From positions 30,752,001 to 30,816,000 of the forward strand of contig NW_026889751.1 in assembly GCF_033153115.1 (NCBI RefSeq): a stretch of DNA of 64,000 nt, written 5' to 3'. Origin of the DNA: Saccostrea echinata. Its lineage: Eukaryota. How positions within the stretch are numbered: the first letter of the stretch is position 1; each line of letters opens with the position of its first letter. Under the pieces are notes generated by a model. The model searched no databases. It saw nothing but the letters and a program-made list of their open reading frames with translations, and was not told the origin of the DNA. Shown here piece by piece: positions 1 to 13,492 of this stretch. Position numbers and translations under genes: made by a program.

Positions 1-65
1 GTCTCCATATGAGTGAAAAATTCTCGAGAGGGACGTTAAACAACATACAAACAAACAAACAATCT
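1..65 (+). mobile_element. 3' tail of a tRNA-derived SINE (same family as 54756-55108)
   Basis: gtctccatatgagtgaaaaattctcga...ggacgttaaacaacatac(aaac)n matches the reverse complement of 54756-54815. Confidence 0.75.
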
Positions 66-690
66 ATTCTTGGCTTGTTAAGGAAATTTTGAATTTTTGG
101 TAGTGCCTCCCAAAACTGAAAATTTTTGGTTGTGCCCCCCCCCCCCCCCCCGCCCGCCCCCAACCGAAATTGCTTGCTACGTGCCCTGCCTGTTATAAAG
201 AGGGACTGTCCACCCACGAAAAAACCGTCGAATGAGGTAAATTAAATACCTCTTCTACAAGTATTCCATCTTTGAATTCTAACTAAGAGTAATAAAGCTT
301 GTGTCTTATCCTATAAATGTACATTGTATATCCAAAATAAACCTAGATAATGTTTATTTTTGCATCACAGTTTAAAAAGCACATGGCCATTGGCTAAACT
401 GAAGTAAGATACATTAGATAGTGCATTAAATTCTTTACGCATTGAGGTGAACCGGAAGTTACATACGTCGAGAGAGAATATGTTTGACAAGGAAAAAAGA
501 TCAATGTTTAATTTCATTAGAGGTATAGTTTTAGTGTCTTTATCTATATTCAGTTTTTATATTTTCTCCAACTATTCCTGGATGAGGAAGAAAAAGAAGG
601 TGTCTCGTTTTCATAAACATTTTTCGGGAGGAGGGACGGGGTGAACAAATCAGTGAAAAAAAAAATCATGTTTTCTCTGCCGTTAAGTTT

Positions 691-692
<2 letters not shown>

Positions 693-748
<56 letters not shown>
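693..748. repeat. (GA)n microsatellite
   Basis: Pure GA run. Confidence 0.95.
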
Positions 749-752
<4 letters not shown>

Positions 753-852
753 ACAGATTCCATACTTAATATCATGAATTTAATTTTGTAAAATACAACA
801 GTCCAGGCGTTCATAAGATTCGATTGACACCGTCATTAGGCAAGGCACTCAT

Positions 853-2207
853 CATAAACTCATCAAAAAAAAAAAAAAAAAACTGAACTGAAAGAGACAA
901 TTTACCCAACCTACCAGGATATTGCCTCTGATGTACAAAACGGAATGTGTTAGTTAGAAAAGGAATATGGAGATCTCTCAACAGCCATAAATAAGCATGG
1001 AGAGGACTGGCACAGAGAAATAGACAAACTTGTCAAGAAACTTAAAGCCGAAATTGATGAGATGAAAAACACATAAACAAAACCTTTCCAGAAACATCTG
1101 GATGAAAAAACAAGAAAACTTGTGATATAAAGGATGAAACTAAATCAACTGATTGTGTTCTAGATTCTACAAACATTTCAAGCCTATTCAGCGTGGCTTC
1201 CACACTACATGAGTTTAGAAAGCTTCCAAGAAAAATTATAGTTTCCTTGCCAAAAGTTTCCCCGAAGAAATTACAGACAGACCAACTGTTTAGTCTGAAA
1301 ATAATTCCCTTAAAATCAGATAAACATGGCTACAACATGTAGACAACACAGAAATCACCAGAAGCTGGATCCTCTACTTAAGTCAAACAGCTGCTTGATG
1401 AACCCCGAGACTGTCACCACCATACAAACTGGGTATGTACTGCTTTACAATGTTGCCTGTCTGGGTGAGAAAGAAATCTGGACAAGAGGAAATGAGAGGA
1501 CCATGAAACTCTACAGCATCAATCAGGGATCACCAATCAAGTCCATAAAACCAAGGCAGGGAAGATACCATCTGACATAGCAGTGACAAAAAGTGGAGAT
1601 CTTGTTGATACTGATCAAATTGATAGAACTGTGAACATTGTGGAGAATGAGAAGATAGAGAAGGTGATCAGACTACAGAACTGGAGACCTAGCGGTGTCT
1701 GTAGTACCTCCTCTGGTGACCTCCAGGTTATCATGGTCAGTTACGTTAACAAAAAAAGTTGTCTGTTACTCTGGCTCCACATAGAAACAAACCATTGAGT
1801 TTGAGGATAAAGCTGAACCTCTCTATTCATCTGGTTTTTATAACAGATACATTACTGAGAACAGGAACCTGGATATTTGTGTGACTGACTGTATTGCTAG
1901 TCCAGTAATGGTGGTCAATCAGGCCGGGAAACTGAGATTCAGGTACACTGGACATACTCCTGCTTCAAAGAACAAACCATTCAATCCACTAGGAATCACC
2001 ACAGACAGTCAGAGGCACATCCTTATAGCTGGTAATAACAATGACTATGTTCAAATCATAGTCCAGGATGGACAGTTCCTCCGTTACATACTAGCAGTCT
2101 ATGGACTGAGTTATCCCTGGGGTCTGTGTAGAGATACAAATAACAATCTGTTTGTTGCTCAATGGGGAAACAGACAAGTGAAGAAAATCAAGTACATGTA
2201 CTGCTGA
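853..2207 (+). pseudogene. 5'-truncated, frameshifted TRIM-like (coiled-coil + NHL-type propeller) pseudogene
   Basis: High nucleotide similarity to 8873-10220 and 17694-19040 in inverted orientation. Homology starts at DKLIKK (no B-boxes). Premature TAG near 951 and several frameshifts. ORF fragments 1326-1580, 1583-1798 and 1881-2207; the last ends KKIKYMYC like the intact paralog. Confidence 0.92.
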
Positions 2208-3095
2208 TGAGATTATCCATCACAGAATAAACATAGTCCACAGAACAGACTTTTTATTTAGAATTCAAAACTTTACATTGTGTAAACTTTTACATTGAAA
2301 AAAGTAAAGTACAAAAAAAAATAATAATGAATAGTAAATGTGTATTCTTGTCTTTATTTGTTTTCAGTTAGTTGAAATATTTCTTTCTATTTTATATCAT
2401 GCTTTTCAGTTATCAAAAAAGGTGTTAGCATGGCATTTTTCGATAAACATCGGCATTCATATGATAAAAATCACCACGTTTAAAATTACGCTGGTTAAAC
2501 TATTTACAAAGGAATATACAAATTTATTAATAAGCGAAACTGTAAGGTATTTTCCCCTATCCAATAAATTCCACGATTTATCTAATAAGTCAATTAACAC
2601 GCATGAACTTTGATCAACTGTTTTAAAGTTCAAAAATTTTAGATTTTTAAAAGATCTATTTTAAAAATGTTCACATTTTCAATTAAGCCCCTTGAAAAAG
2701 AGTATAGGCCTTCATTTGAACAGAACTGAATCCTCTTTACCCAAATTTGCTTTGTGACAACTTTGCCTCAATTTTTGCTTCTCAGGGAAGCCCTGTTCGG
2801 TTATACCCCATCCTGAAATTGCTTCCCACTGGCAAGAAGGTTATTAAACATACATTATGTCTGCTTTCATTACCGATATACAAAATGTACTTCAAATCAC
2901 AGTACAGTGAGTGCCAATTTTATATCTGATATACATAGGATCTCCTATGGTTTGCAGTTGGATACGATTTTTATCCAACTCCTGTGTTTTCTATCACCAG
3001 CCTTGATTTTTTTTTATGTTATGAAAGAAAATTTAAGTATAATTAACCTTTACACTTCCTCTCAGTAAAAGAAATATTTCAACTAATTGGCATGG

Positions 3096-4103
3096 GCTAT
3101 TGGTACTTTGCGGAACGAAACTGAACGGAACCAGTGTTGGGTTACCTTGTACGGAAAATAGAACTGAGTTTAAAATTTGAAAAATAAATTCCTTATTTTA
3201 CATAATTTACTCAACAGTGTCAAGTAGAGAACTGTAAAATAAAATGCCTATAAATTCTAGTTAATGCATTAATTTGTCGTGAGGATTTCTGATCTGCTGT
3301 GACATCTGTAGTTGTAGACTTTATTGAATGATTGAAATTCATTATTATTGAATCAGATGTAAATGCATTCCTATTCAAAGAACTTCGGTAGATCATATAT
3401 TTTGTTTACTTACACGTATGTTTAGTAAAGAAAGTTGTCGCATTTTGCCAACATGACATGATTCTCTGGTTACGCTCCATTCCACTAAGTACCAATATCC
3501 GTGTGGATATTCTGAAGTATTTAGCGGAAATGAACGAAACACAGCGAAGTTGAAGACTTGTAATGTTTCGCATGCAAGCACTCTTATTCTTCAATTAAAT
3601 TATCGAAAAAGTAACCCCGTATGTTAAATACCAAAAAGTTATATGAAAGGGAGAATGAAGATTAGAATCCATGTTCGAAGAGGAAAATTATAACATTTAT
3701 GCATCAAATTTACTATATTTTTGATTTTTCAGAAAGTCGAAAATAGCACATGTATGCACATCTATTTTATATATTGCGGACCTTGATGCTGCTAATAAAA
3801 CTTAAATACCATATCTAAATCAATTTGAAATATTTATAAACTAGTTTTAATAATATTTTGTAAATGTAGAACGTGTCTTTCACTAATTTGACTAATTAAT
3901 CATGTACTCATTTGCAATTGAAATTGTTAATTAATGAAAGACAAACGTTATGTGTAATATGTTATAGGCCGACATATCTGTTAACTAATTCAGCATTTAT
4001 TGATATATGTAAGGTTCAGATTTAGACTCTTGATATTTTTAAAAGGAGAATAGTAACGTAAAGAAATTAATAACTAGTTCCGTTCCTTAAATTACCAATA
4101 TCC
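3096..4103. mobile_element. Non-autonomous TIR element with (ggaac/gaaac) subterminal motifs; partial inverted copy at about 8340-8690
   Basis: ggctattggtactttgcggaacg ... cgttccttaaattaccaatatcc imperfect terminal inverted repeat. Confidence 0.55.
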
Positions 4104-5299
4104 ACTACACTTTGGTATTGGAACTTTGAGAAACGAAAGGCATCCACAAGGCTTTTAAAAACTGACTTGATAAACAGCGAGAGATAACTTTTGTGTCCAG
4201 TACGTAAATATAAAAGGGAGATTTTTCATTTTAGAAAATGTTGACCTACGGAAAATGTCGATTATTTTTACATAATTTTTATAGATTTTATGCTTTTGCA
4301 CATATGTTGTGTCCGTTTGTCTAACTCTATAAGAGAATTAGAATTAAAGTTTTTATCATTAAGAAAAAATTTAATGAATTTTCAAAATTAACTTTCGTTA
4401 AACTTTAATTCCTTAATTTTATCACGTGGTGTGAACCTCCATATTTTCTAACGTACGCATTTTCCCCACGGCTTTGGACAGAAAAAGGATAGACTTTATA
4501 GCTGCTTGTAGCTCATAGGTTATTTTCCTTTTGTTTTTAGTTTGTTTGAAATTAAGTAGGTATTGTCATTTATATATTTTAAAAGTGATATTCTCTTTTC
4601 GAAAAAAAAACAGGACATTGGCAAGGTTCCTGGCTTTCGAATAGAATTTTTCAAGAACTCTTGAACAGGTTTGATGATACGAAACGTTTTATATTCTGGT
4701 TTATTTAACCCATCAAATCAGACTTCTTTTTCAGATTTTAAATCAATGTTTTTACAATTCTCAATGCATTTCCTATGTAAAATTTTGATTAAAAGGGCCA
4801 ACATAATTTTTCAACATACGATTTCTCCCAAACCCATTTATTTCATAAAGTTTATAATGTACAATATTCATTATTGAATCCTTATTTCCAATGACATCTA
4901 GATATGCCAATTTAGAAACAAGACACAAAAATACCAGCACTGTTCTTTATTTTTGAGTTACTTTCCTCAGCATCAAGCTATTATTCATATTTGTAAAGAG
5001 ACTGGTTGACAGTTTCTATTATGTAATTCACTTTATTAGAAATAGATTGTCATAAAAAAAATGTGATATAAATATAACGATCTGTTGATTTGTTGACTCT
5101 CTGTCTCCTTAACACAATGTACAACAAAGGAATCACTGCTTCTCTTTCTTGATGCAGAGATGATTCTACCCACTAAAAGAAGCAGGTGTGCTTTTGTTTA
5201 TCTCTGTAACTTACGCTTTATTTGTTTTCACCGCCTAAAGAATTCGAAATGGGAGATCACTCTCAATGATTGTGTTATAAATGAAAAAGTCTAAGTGAA

Positions 5300-5505
5300 A
5301 TGTATGGAGATAACGAAAAGTATTCAAGATCAAAGGTCCATTAAACAATACAAATTTTGGAGCAGAGCAAACACGGACCTCTAAAACATCAGAGGTGGAA
5401 TCAGGTGCCATAGCGGAGTGAGCATCCCCTGCCGACCGGTCACACCCGCCGTGTGCTCCTTGTCATGATCGAGAAATAACGGAAAAATTCCGTCGACAAT
5501 TCAGA
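5300..5505 (-). mobile_element. Penelope-like retroelement terminal fragment (further copies about 34236-34490, 43290-43740, 49330-49720, 50300-50570)
   Basis: Recurrent ggagt(g/a)agcatcccctg(c/t)cgaccggtcacacccgccgtg motif in five places. The 49380 copy encodes an RT-like GKLTTNLYNKR remnant. Family assignment is from recall of oyster repeats. Confidence 0.55.
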
Positions 5506-6256
5506 AAATAATGCTAATCTGCTAATAACGGGGCACAATTGGTACTTTAGGGAATTCCAATAGATTGTTAGAAGATCTGGTCTCCAAAAATCACATGAAT
5601 ATTGTCAATCAGAAACTCAAACATCTTTTTAATATCAACTTCAAAGTACTTGTATGTACCATCAGAATGCTTTTAACAAATAATTTTGCAAATGATCAAT
5701 GACAAGGTAAGTAAATTTACGAGTTCCATTTTTATTGAAAAAGCAGCTGTCAATGATATCAAAAGCCTGGACTTTAATTTATCGTATGCAAGCACTTTGT
5801 TGTTGTTCAATTAATCTAATTCCATCCGTTAAATTTAGATAAACAATACAAAAGAGACAAAAAAGATTTTTCCCGGATTTTCCCCCGATTGTCGGAAGGG
5901 AAAGCTGCAATTGTCTTTTGTGTATACACGAAGGAAGAGCGAAAATATCTTGATCTTGAAAGCTTGAGGGGATCTGACAGATGTATTATTTAAGATTATT
6001 AGAGGTTTATTGTCAGAAAGCTTGTGAGTCTACCCTTTACCAAGAAATTTTATTCAAGTGTCTATGACTAAAAACAATTAAAACAAAACAAAAATAGTGC
6101 ATACTTACAATGTTGACATTTGGCATACTTTTGCACATTTACGTTGCCTCTTTTAATTATTTGAATGCAAGAGCTTTTTCTCAAATTAAAATTTAGGTTG
6201 AATGTATAAAAATAAACAATGATAAATAGTCATGAACGTTCATTTATATTCATATA

Positions 6257-7221
6257 CGAGGGGTGATCAAAAAGTTCGCGAACTAATTGAATTACTTCCT
6301 TAAAGGATATAAAATGAGGTTTCAGTGCTCATTATTTTTTAAAGTAGTCCTCTCCGATTATAATGCACATCTGCCACTGTTCTGCACATGCGCAAATCAC
6401 GTGATCCAGGCGGTCACGTGACATGCTCCGTGGCGTTCTGTTCACAGAAGCTCAAAGATTTTTCCGAGTCTTATATTTCTTACCATGCAAGCTATTTTTT
6501 ATAACAAGAACATTACATCTGTCAGAAATGGCCAAATCTCGGCAATAGGATGGGTGGATAAGGACATCCCTTCCCAGAATTAGCATGGTGATCATCAAAA
6601 CCCGAGTCCTCTGTCTCGGGAATGTCGTTTATTCAATGTGGATAAAGTATGGACGAACTTTTTTTTTTATCATATCTCATATGTTTAAAGTCTGAAGTAA
6701 ACGATATTTTAGGGATTTAATAATGATATTATTGTTAAGATATTCAACTATTTTTCTAATCGTAACTTGGCGATCTTTCATGACAAATTGCTCAACTAAG
6801 GACACATCTTTTCCCCGACTTGCTTTCGCTGGGCAGCAGAACAAACATCATTTTTAACCATCTCCCTGCCTTTACTAAAACAATCAATCCAATTAATGAT
6901 TGAACCTCTGGTAAGTCTTTTGTCTTCATAAACCTTGTACAAATTATCATATTCTACTGCAAAGGAATTTCTAAGATATTTGTTAAACTTCACAGCCGTT
7001 CGTTGCTCGAGTACGACTGAGTCAACCATTTTTTGTCACAAGTCACCTACATATTGACGTCATTTTCACTTTGTGACGTCACAAACACGGAGCAAAACAT
7101 TATATAACACCTGCTATTTATAGAATATATGTATGACTTTATGTGTGCCAAATTTCTTTCTGATCTGAATTGTTGTTTTGTAAATATAGAGATAGTTCGC
7201 AAACTTTTTGATCACCCCTCG
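6257..7221 (-). mobile_element. Internally deleted mariner (Tc1/mariner) element
   Basis: TA|cgaggggtgatcaaaaagttcgcgaacta ... tagttcgcaaactttttgatcacccctcg|TA TIRs. ORF 6796-7029 has mariner N-terminal HTH features (EQRTAVKF..VYED..W..F..GRE). YSPDLAPSD-like remnant (YCRDLAISD) near 6520-6550. Confidence 0.9.
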
Positions 7222-8872
7222 TACATTCCCTTTTTTTTAAATGAAGTAAACATTGTTTAGATGTTAATGAAATTTTTAAATATTGTGTCCCCTAACGTAC
7301 ATCTATCAGGTTTAAAGATTTTTCTGCCACAATGAAGATATTTTACACTGGGGCATTTGTGACAGGAATACATAAAAACTGACTAATAGCAAGTTTCATG
7401 GCTTATTATTGACCCTTTTTGGTCCAGGGTCTTGCACCCTTTTAATTGTGAATTTTTAATCGAAAAGTTGCAAAATTGGGAAATGTTGTTGACTTTTATT
7501 TATTTGTTGATTAAAGAGCTAAATAGTGGACTTGTTTCCGATATACACATGATATAAATCTTTAGAAATGATTAAAATTTCAAAGCATGTTATTTCTATA
7601 TATAAACAGATCAAAAACTTGAACTTGGTCATCATTTGGGAATTGTTACCTGAATTTTGGGGGAAGAAAGAACCAATTTTCAACTGGGACATTGTCCTTT
7701 TACAGGACCTGGATGCTGTTTTACATAACATAACATAATGAGTGTATTAGAATGTGTATTAAAATGTCTATTTAAGTTCAGTGTTAATATGTACATGACC
7801 CTAGGGCACTAATTAGACCTGTTAATCACTTCTAACACAAGCTGTAGGTATGGCAAACAAAGGAATAGAAGCCATTGGACTAGATATTTTTAGTGTCAAT
7901 TCATAAACAACTTAATGGAAATTATTAATTTTATTTGTACATTTTAAACAAAGAGATAAATATGATTAAAAAGTTTTGAAGAAAATGCATTTTAAAGAGG
8001 AAACAGCAATTCACTAAATAAAGGAAATATATATTTAAAAAAAAAATATTATAGAACATTTTGTAAAAAAAAAAAAAAATCAGTTAACCTTTCTCGAATA
8101 AAGTCTATGGGATTTGAAGGGGTGGTGGTGGTATGTTATTTCTCATTTATTAAACACCAGTGTAATTGAATGCAATTGAAAAGTAATTGTGAATTACATG
8201 CTTTTCTCGAAAGTAATTAATTAAATTACAATTACATGTAATTGAAAATTGGGCCAATTACACATTACTTTCAATTACATCAAAACTCGTAAATAATTAC
8301 TGTCAATTACCATTACACATTACCCCATCCCTGATGCATGCGTAACATTTCAAGTATGTGTTCAACTTCGTTGTGTTTCGTTCAATTCCGCTCCACACGG
8401 ATATGGTATAAAGAGGAACGGAACGAAACAAAAGAATCATGTCATATGCTGGCGGCAACTTTCTTTAATATACAGACTTGTCAGTAAACAAAAAAGCGAT
8501 ATACCGAAGTTTTTAATGGTAAATTTGAATAGGAATGCAAAAATAATAGACGACTATCAATCATTCAATACAGTTTACATAGAAATTACAGATATCACGA
8601 CAAATGAATGCATAAACTAGAACTTGTAGGCATTTTATTTTACAGCTATCTACTTGATACTGTTTCGTTCCACAAAGTACCAATAGCCACTAACTGAAAA
8701 CAAATAAACAAACAGTTTCATGATCTCAAATTTGAAGACAAGAATACATATGTCCTACTAGTATTTCTTTTGTTTTTTTTTTAAATGTAAGAGTTTACAC
8801 ACTGTGAAGTATTGAATCCAAAATAAATATTCTGTTCTGTGGTCTATGTTTATTCAGTGATGGATAATCTCA

Positions 8873-10555
8873 TCAGCAGTACATGTACTTGATTTTTTTC
8901 ACTTGTTTGTTTAAACACTGAGCAACAAACAGATTGTCATTTGTATCTGTACACAGACCCCAGGGTCCACTCAGTCCACAGTCTATGTAACAGAGGAAAT
9001 GCCCATCCTGGTTTATGATGTGGACACAGTCATTGTTATCATCAGCTGTAAGGATGTGGCCCTGACTGTCTGTGGTTATTCCACGTGGATTGAATGGTAT
9101 GTTCTTTGGAGCAGGAGTATGTCCAGTGTACCTGAATCTCAGTTTCCCGGCCTGATTGACCACCACTACTGCTTTAGGTCCACATTCAGCCACACAGATA
9201 TCCAGGTTCCTGTTCTCAGTAATATATCTGTAATGACCACCAGATGAATAAATAGGGTTACGTTCATCATCAAACTGAATGGTTTGTTTCTCTGTGGAGC
9301 CAAAGTAACGGACAACTTTTGTTTGTGTGTAATCATTACTGTGCATGATAACCAGGAAGTCACCAGAGGAGGTACTACAGACACCTCGAGGTTTCCAGTT
9401 CTGTAGTCTGATAATCTCATCTATCTTTTCATTCTTCACAATGTTCACTGTTTTATCATTGTAATCTGTATAAACTAGATCTCCACTTTTTGTCACTGCT
9501 ATATCATAGGGTTTGTATCCTGACTTTGTTGTGATTGACTTGAGTAGTGATCCCTGGTTGATTCTGTAGAGTTTCATGGTGCTGTCATCTCTACTTGTCC
9601 AGATTTCTTCATCACTCAGACAGGCCACATTGAGAAGGTCATTATACGGTCCAGTGTCTATGGTGGTGACAGTCTCAGGTTCCTTAAGCAGTTGCTTGAC
9701 TGCAGGAAAGGATCCAGCTTCTGGTGATTTCTGACTTGTCTTTATGTTGTAGCCATGTTCATCTGATTTTAAGGGAATTGTTTTCAGACTAAACAGTTTG
9801 TCTGCCTGTATTTTCTTCGGGGAAAATTTTGGCAAGGAAACTGTAATTTTTCTTGGAAGCTTTCTATACTCATCAAGTGTGGAAGGCACACTGAATAGGC
9901 TTGAAATGTGTGTAGATTCTAGAACACTATCAATTGATTCGATTTCATCTTTAATCTCAGAAATTTTCTTGCTTATTTCACCTAGTTGTTTCTGGAGAGT
10001 TTGTAATTGTGTGTTTTTCATCTCATCAATTTCAGCTTTTAGTTTCTTGACAAGTTTGTCAATTTCTCTGTGCCAGTCCTCTCCATGTTTTGTTATGGCT
10101 GTTGAGAGATCCCCATATTCCTTTTCTAACTGACTCATTCTGCTTTGTACATCAGAGGCAATATCCTGGTAGGTTGGATAAATCTTCTCTTTGAGTTCAG
10201 TTTGTTTTTTGATGAGTTTATCCCTTTTCTCGTCTCGGATTTCCTGCATCCTTACTAATTTATGCCCGAGATGTTGATCTGATGCAAGGCAGATACAACA
10301 GACAGGAACATCACAGTGAGTACAGTACATCTCACACGTTTCCTCACCATGAGAGGTGCATCTGGGGTGAATAAGAGTAGACTTTCTGTCCTTAAAATCA
10401 ACAATTTTATGAGGTTTTGAGAGATCAGCAGAAAAATGTTCTCCCAAACAGGCCTTACACAGGTTGACAAGACATGTATCACAATGCATCTGTACCACAG
10501 CGGTCTCACACAGGTCACATCGCATCACGTCCTGGGCACTGGTACGGGGGTTCAT
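8873..10555 (-). CDS. RING-less TRIM-like protein, 560 aa: B-box1, B-box2, coiled coil, NHL-type beta-propeller
   Basis: CDLC..HCDTC..LCKAC..H..H and C.SH..CEMYCTHCDVPVC..C..H..H B-boxes, a heptad region, and NHL-like repeats (PRGITTDSQGHILTAD, PWGLCTDTNDNLFVA). Probable 5'UTR intron 10677-10904 (cag|gtaatg ... ttctttcaag|). Confidence 0.93.
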   Translation of the reverse strand: MNPRTSAQDVMRCDLCETAVVQMHCDTCLVNLCKACLGEHFSADLSKPHKIVDFKDRKSTLIHPRCTSHGEETCEMYCTHCDVPVCCICLASDQHLGHKLVRMQEIRDEKRDKLIKKQTELKEKIYPTYQDIASDVQSRMSQLEKEYGDLSTAITKHGEDWHREIDKLVKKLKAEIDEMKNTQLQTLQKQLGEISKKISEIKDEIESIDSVLESTHISSLFSVPSTLDEYRKLPRKITVSLPKFSPKKIQADKLFSLKTIPLKSDEHGYNIKTSQKSPEAGSFPAVKQLLKEPETVTTIDTGPYNDLLNVACLSDEEIWTSRDDSTMKLYRINQGSLLKSITTKSGYKPYDIAVTKSGDLVYTDYNDKTVNIVKNEKIDEIIRLQNWKPRGVCSTSSGDFLVIMHSNDYTQTKVVRYFGSTEKQTIQFDDERNPIYSSGGHYRYITENRNLDICVAECGPKAVVVVNQAGKLRFRYTGHTPAPKNIPFNPRGITTDSQGHILTADDNNDCVHIINQDGHFLCYIDCGLSGPWGLCTDTNDNLFVAQCLNKQVKKIKYMYC

Positions 10556-10922
10556 GACTCAATCTTTAATTGAACATCAATGTTTTAAGAAGTACTTGTT
10601 CAATTTACCATATAAGTATCCTTGCTCATATTTTAAATGCTTTGGCTAAATCGTATGTGCACAGAACCATTTCAATCTTGAAAGAAAAGCACAAGATCAC
10701 GTAATCCGAGATTCCCCTGACTCTAACCCCCAGTTTAGGCACTAGAATTATATTGTGTCTGTGAAATGTGCGCACATGAGCAGAGGTCATCATGGTTACA
10801 GGCAGAGGAATCTCTGATTAAATGGCGATCTCCATCACTTCCAATAATTGAAATTAATACTCAATTTGTAGAATTAAAAAGGAAAAAAATGTACTAGACA
10901 TTACCTGATTTGATGCAATATA

Positions 10923-11514
10923 CACAGATACTTGAGTGTTAGTTTATAATATGTATATTCTTTATTGATGTGTAAAAGAAGTAAAGGTATGAAGGCGTCT
11001 CCTCAGCTGGCTTGTTTACATGAATTGATCTTTGAAAATAACGCTGCACATACTGATTTTTATGCAGCGGGCGCCTCGGAACATTGATTACTTATTGAAA
11101 AACTATCACATCTTCAAAATAATTCTGGGAAATTTAAATATAACTTAAATAATATCAGAACTATTTTTAAATGTCTTGGAATGCCTCTGGAATTTAGAAC
11201 TGTCTGTATGGACGGGATTTATCGTTTTGAATCGGGTTTTAGTATTTGCACTTTTCGGGTACGTTAACGAAAAGTTTAAAAAAGAGAGTTTTAAAATCAT
11301 GATTCTGGAATTTTTTGCAAGATTTCAATAAGTAGTCAATGTTCCGAGACGTCCGGTGCATAAAGATCGGTAAATGCAGCATTATATTCAAAGATCAAGC
11401 CATGTAAACAAACGAGTTAAGCAGACGCCATTTCGTACAGCCTGCATACATATATTTTTATTTACATATCAATAAGGTACATACATAAAATAAACGAAGA
11501 CCCAGGTACCCATG
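10923..11514. mobile_element. Fold-back MITE with diverged arms of about 250 bp and CAC..-type termini
   Basis: ggcgtct..tgtttacatg..gatctttgaa..ctcggaacattgattacttattgaaa is mirrored by tttcaataagtagtcaatgttccgag..ttcaaagatc..catgtaaaca..agacgcc. Confidence 0.75.
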
Positions 11515-12037
11515 AAACCAAAAGAAACGAAAAGAAACCCAACGAAACCAAACCAAAAATCGAAACGAAGGAAACGAAACAAGGCAATACAGAGTCAGCT
11601 TGAAATATTCAATTATTATTTATAAAAGGAGTTCTCAGGATAATGAAGGGGGTGTCTGTTACAATTGCTAGTATCCACCGATTCGACAAAACATATATAA
11701 CCAAAACTTTTAACGCTCTGCATTGATGATGGGGCAACGAATTGCACGCACGTTATAACTATTTGCCAAAACACTAATAAAAGTAAACATAAAAATGTTA
11801 TAAACTCCAATGCAATTGATAAAAAAATCGATGCATTTTAACCTCTGAAACACAACTATATGCAATGCGCATTCTGAAGTTATGCGATATATCATCGTGA
11901 AAAACGGCATATAATTTAGGCACGTACCCCCTTTCTCCGCTTATAAATTTTTATTATTGATTTTATCATTAAGTAAGAAATAAAACCCTCGGCCTTACAA
12001 ACACACACACACACACACCCATCAGCCCGTCCATCCC

Positions 12038-12068
<31 letters not shown>

Positions 12069-13460
12069 ACTTTTTTAGTATAGTAAAATACTGTTGTTAA
12101 TATGTTTAAAAATTCTGTATAGTCAAAAAAGTTGATTTTATTTTTATAAAATTTGCTTGTGAAAGATTTCAGAGATATACATTGTATTTGTTCCCAGTTT
12201 TCTTCCCCTGCTCTCTCTCGCCTCCCCTTTTCAACTTTCAAAAATGATGCTACATTTCTATGATTTAAATAGGCTTTCAAAATATAATGATTTCATGTTC
12301 AATGTATGTAACATTATTTAAATGTACCATATAAAGCGAGAAATAGATAAAGATGAAATTATAATCTAGTATTTACTACATCAATGCATTAAATGCGCTC
12401 TGCACAATTACCCCCCCCCCCCCCCCACACACACACACACACGCAATACAGGCGAGAATCTAGAAATTTTTCAAAGAGGGGGTGGGTGGGTGGAGAGGAA
12501 ATGAGAGTTGTTATAAGGTATGTTTACATATAGTTAAACGACAACTTAATAAGAATATTGCAGGGACGTACTATCTTCTTTGAAAGTGGGGGGGGGGGGA
12601 GCCAGGGGATAAAATTTAAATTGCCTTAAAATTTTTGACAAAAACAGGAAAATAAATCTGCGAATCCGGAAATCCTATTTCGGCTGGGGGGGGGGGGGAT
12701 ATTCCGTTTTTTTTCATAATCAAATTTTCTTCATAAATTACTATAAAACCTTTCATTGAATATTTTCTACATTAAAGACACAACAAATATAGTGGACTCT
12801 CTTATCTCTCTTTCTCTCTCTCTGATTTGTTTTTTAAAGCGAATCCAAATGGGGTTTGCAACCCCCTTTACCCCTCTGGATCCGCCACTGCAATATCCTC
12901 AATACACACTACTCCTTAAGAATAGAGAATAAAGTTCAGTATATGTCTGCCGATTTGTTTTACATAACTGATAGATGTCTCCCTGATTCTCTCACGTATA
13001 CTGTCTTCCCTTCAACTGTGCAAGTGTGAAGACAGGGAAAGTATAAAATTTATACTCATCAACATTTACCAAAAGTGTGCCTGGACTGCCCCTTGTCAAG
13101 AAATGTGAAGCTAAATTGCAAAATCAATAAAATTGAAGAATATGTGAATATTTATAGACTGTACACTAGCTAGTTAATTAATTGTGTTAAAGTTTCATCA
13201 AATTAGCAGTTAGGGAATTAAAAAAAAAACAGCAAACCAGGGCTGCTTCAAAGATGATTTAGTGATACATACTAGTACTGCTAAATAGCTACGAATATCT
13301 AAAACATGTGGGCTGTTCATGATCTTATCTATATCGTTTCATTTGGTTTGGTTTCATTGCATATAGTTTGGTTTGGTTTCATTTGGTTTCGTTTGGTTTT
13401 GTTTTGTTCCGTTTCGTTTCATTTCGTTTTGATTTCGTTGAACGCGTTTTACAAATACCC
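11515..13460. mobile_element. Degenerate TIR element with inverted (CGAAA/CCAAA)n subterminal arrays; left terminus missing
   Basis: (gaaac/aaacc)n at 11515-11582 and (gtttc/ggttt)n at 13335-13440, ending ttacaaataccc. Confidence 0.5.
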
Positions 13461-13492
13461 AATTTGTAACGTTACAAAATAGAGTCTTTTGA

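Noticed and set aside
8870-8878. Cys-TGA-TGA ending of TRIM gene 1 as possible selenocysteine readthrough
   Set aside because: No SECIS element evident, and the paralog ends at the equivalent position with TAA.
8999-10649. Several short ORFs overlapping the TRIM gene (also 18751-19336)
   Set aside because: Alternate-frame or antisense by-products of a long coding exon; their recurrence in the paralog follows from nucleotide identity.
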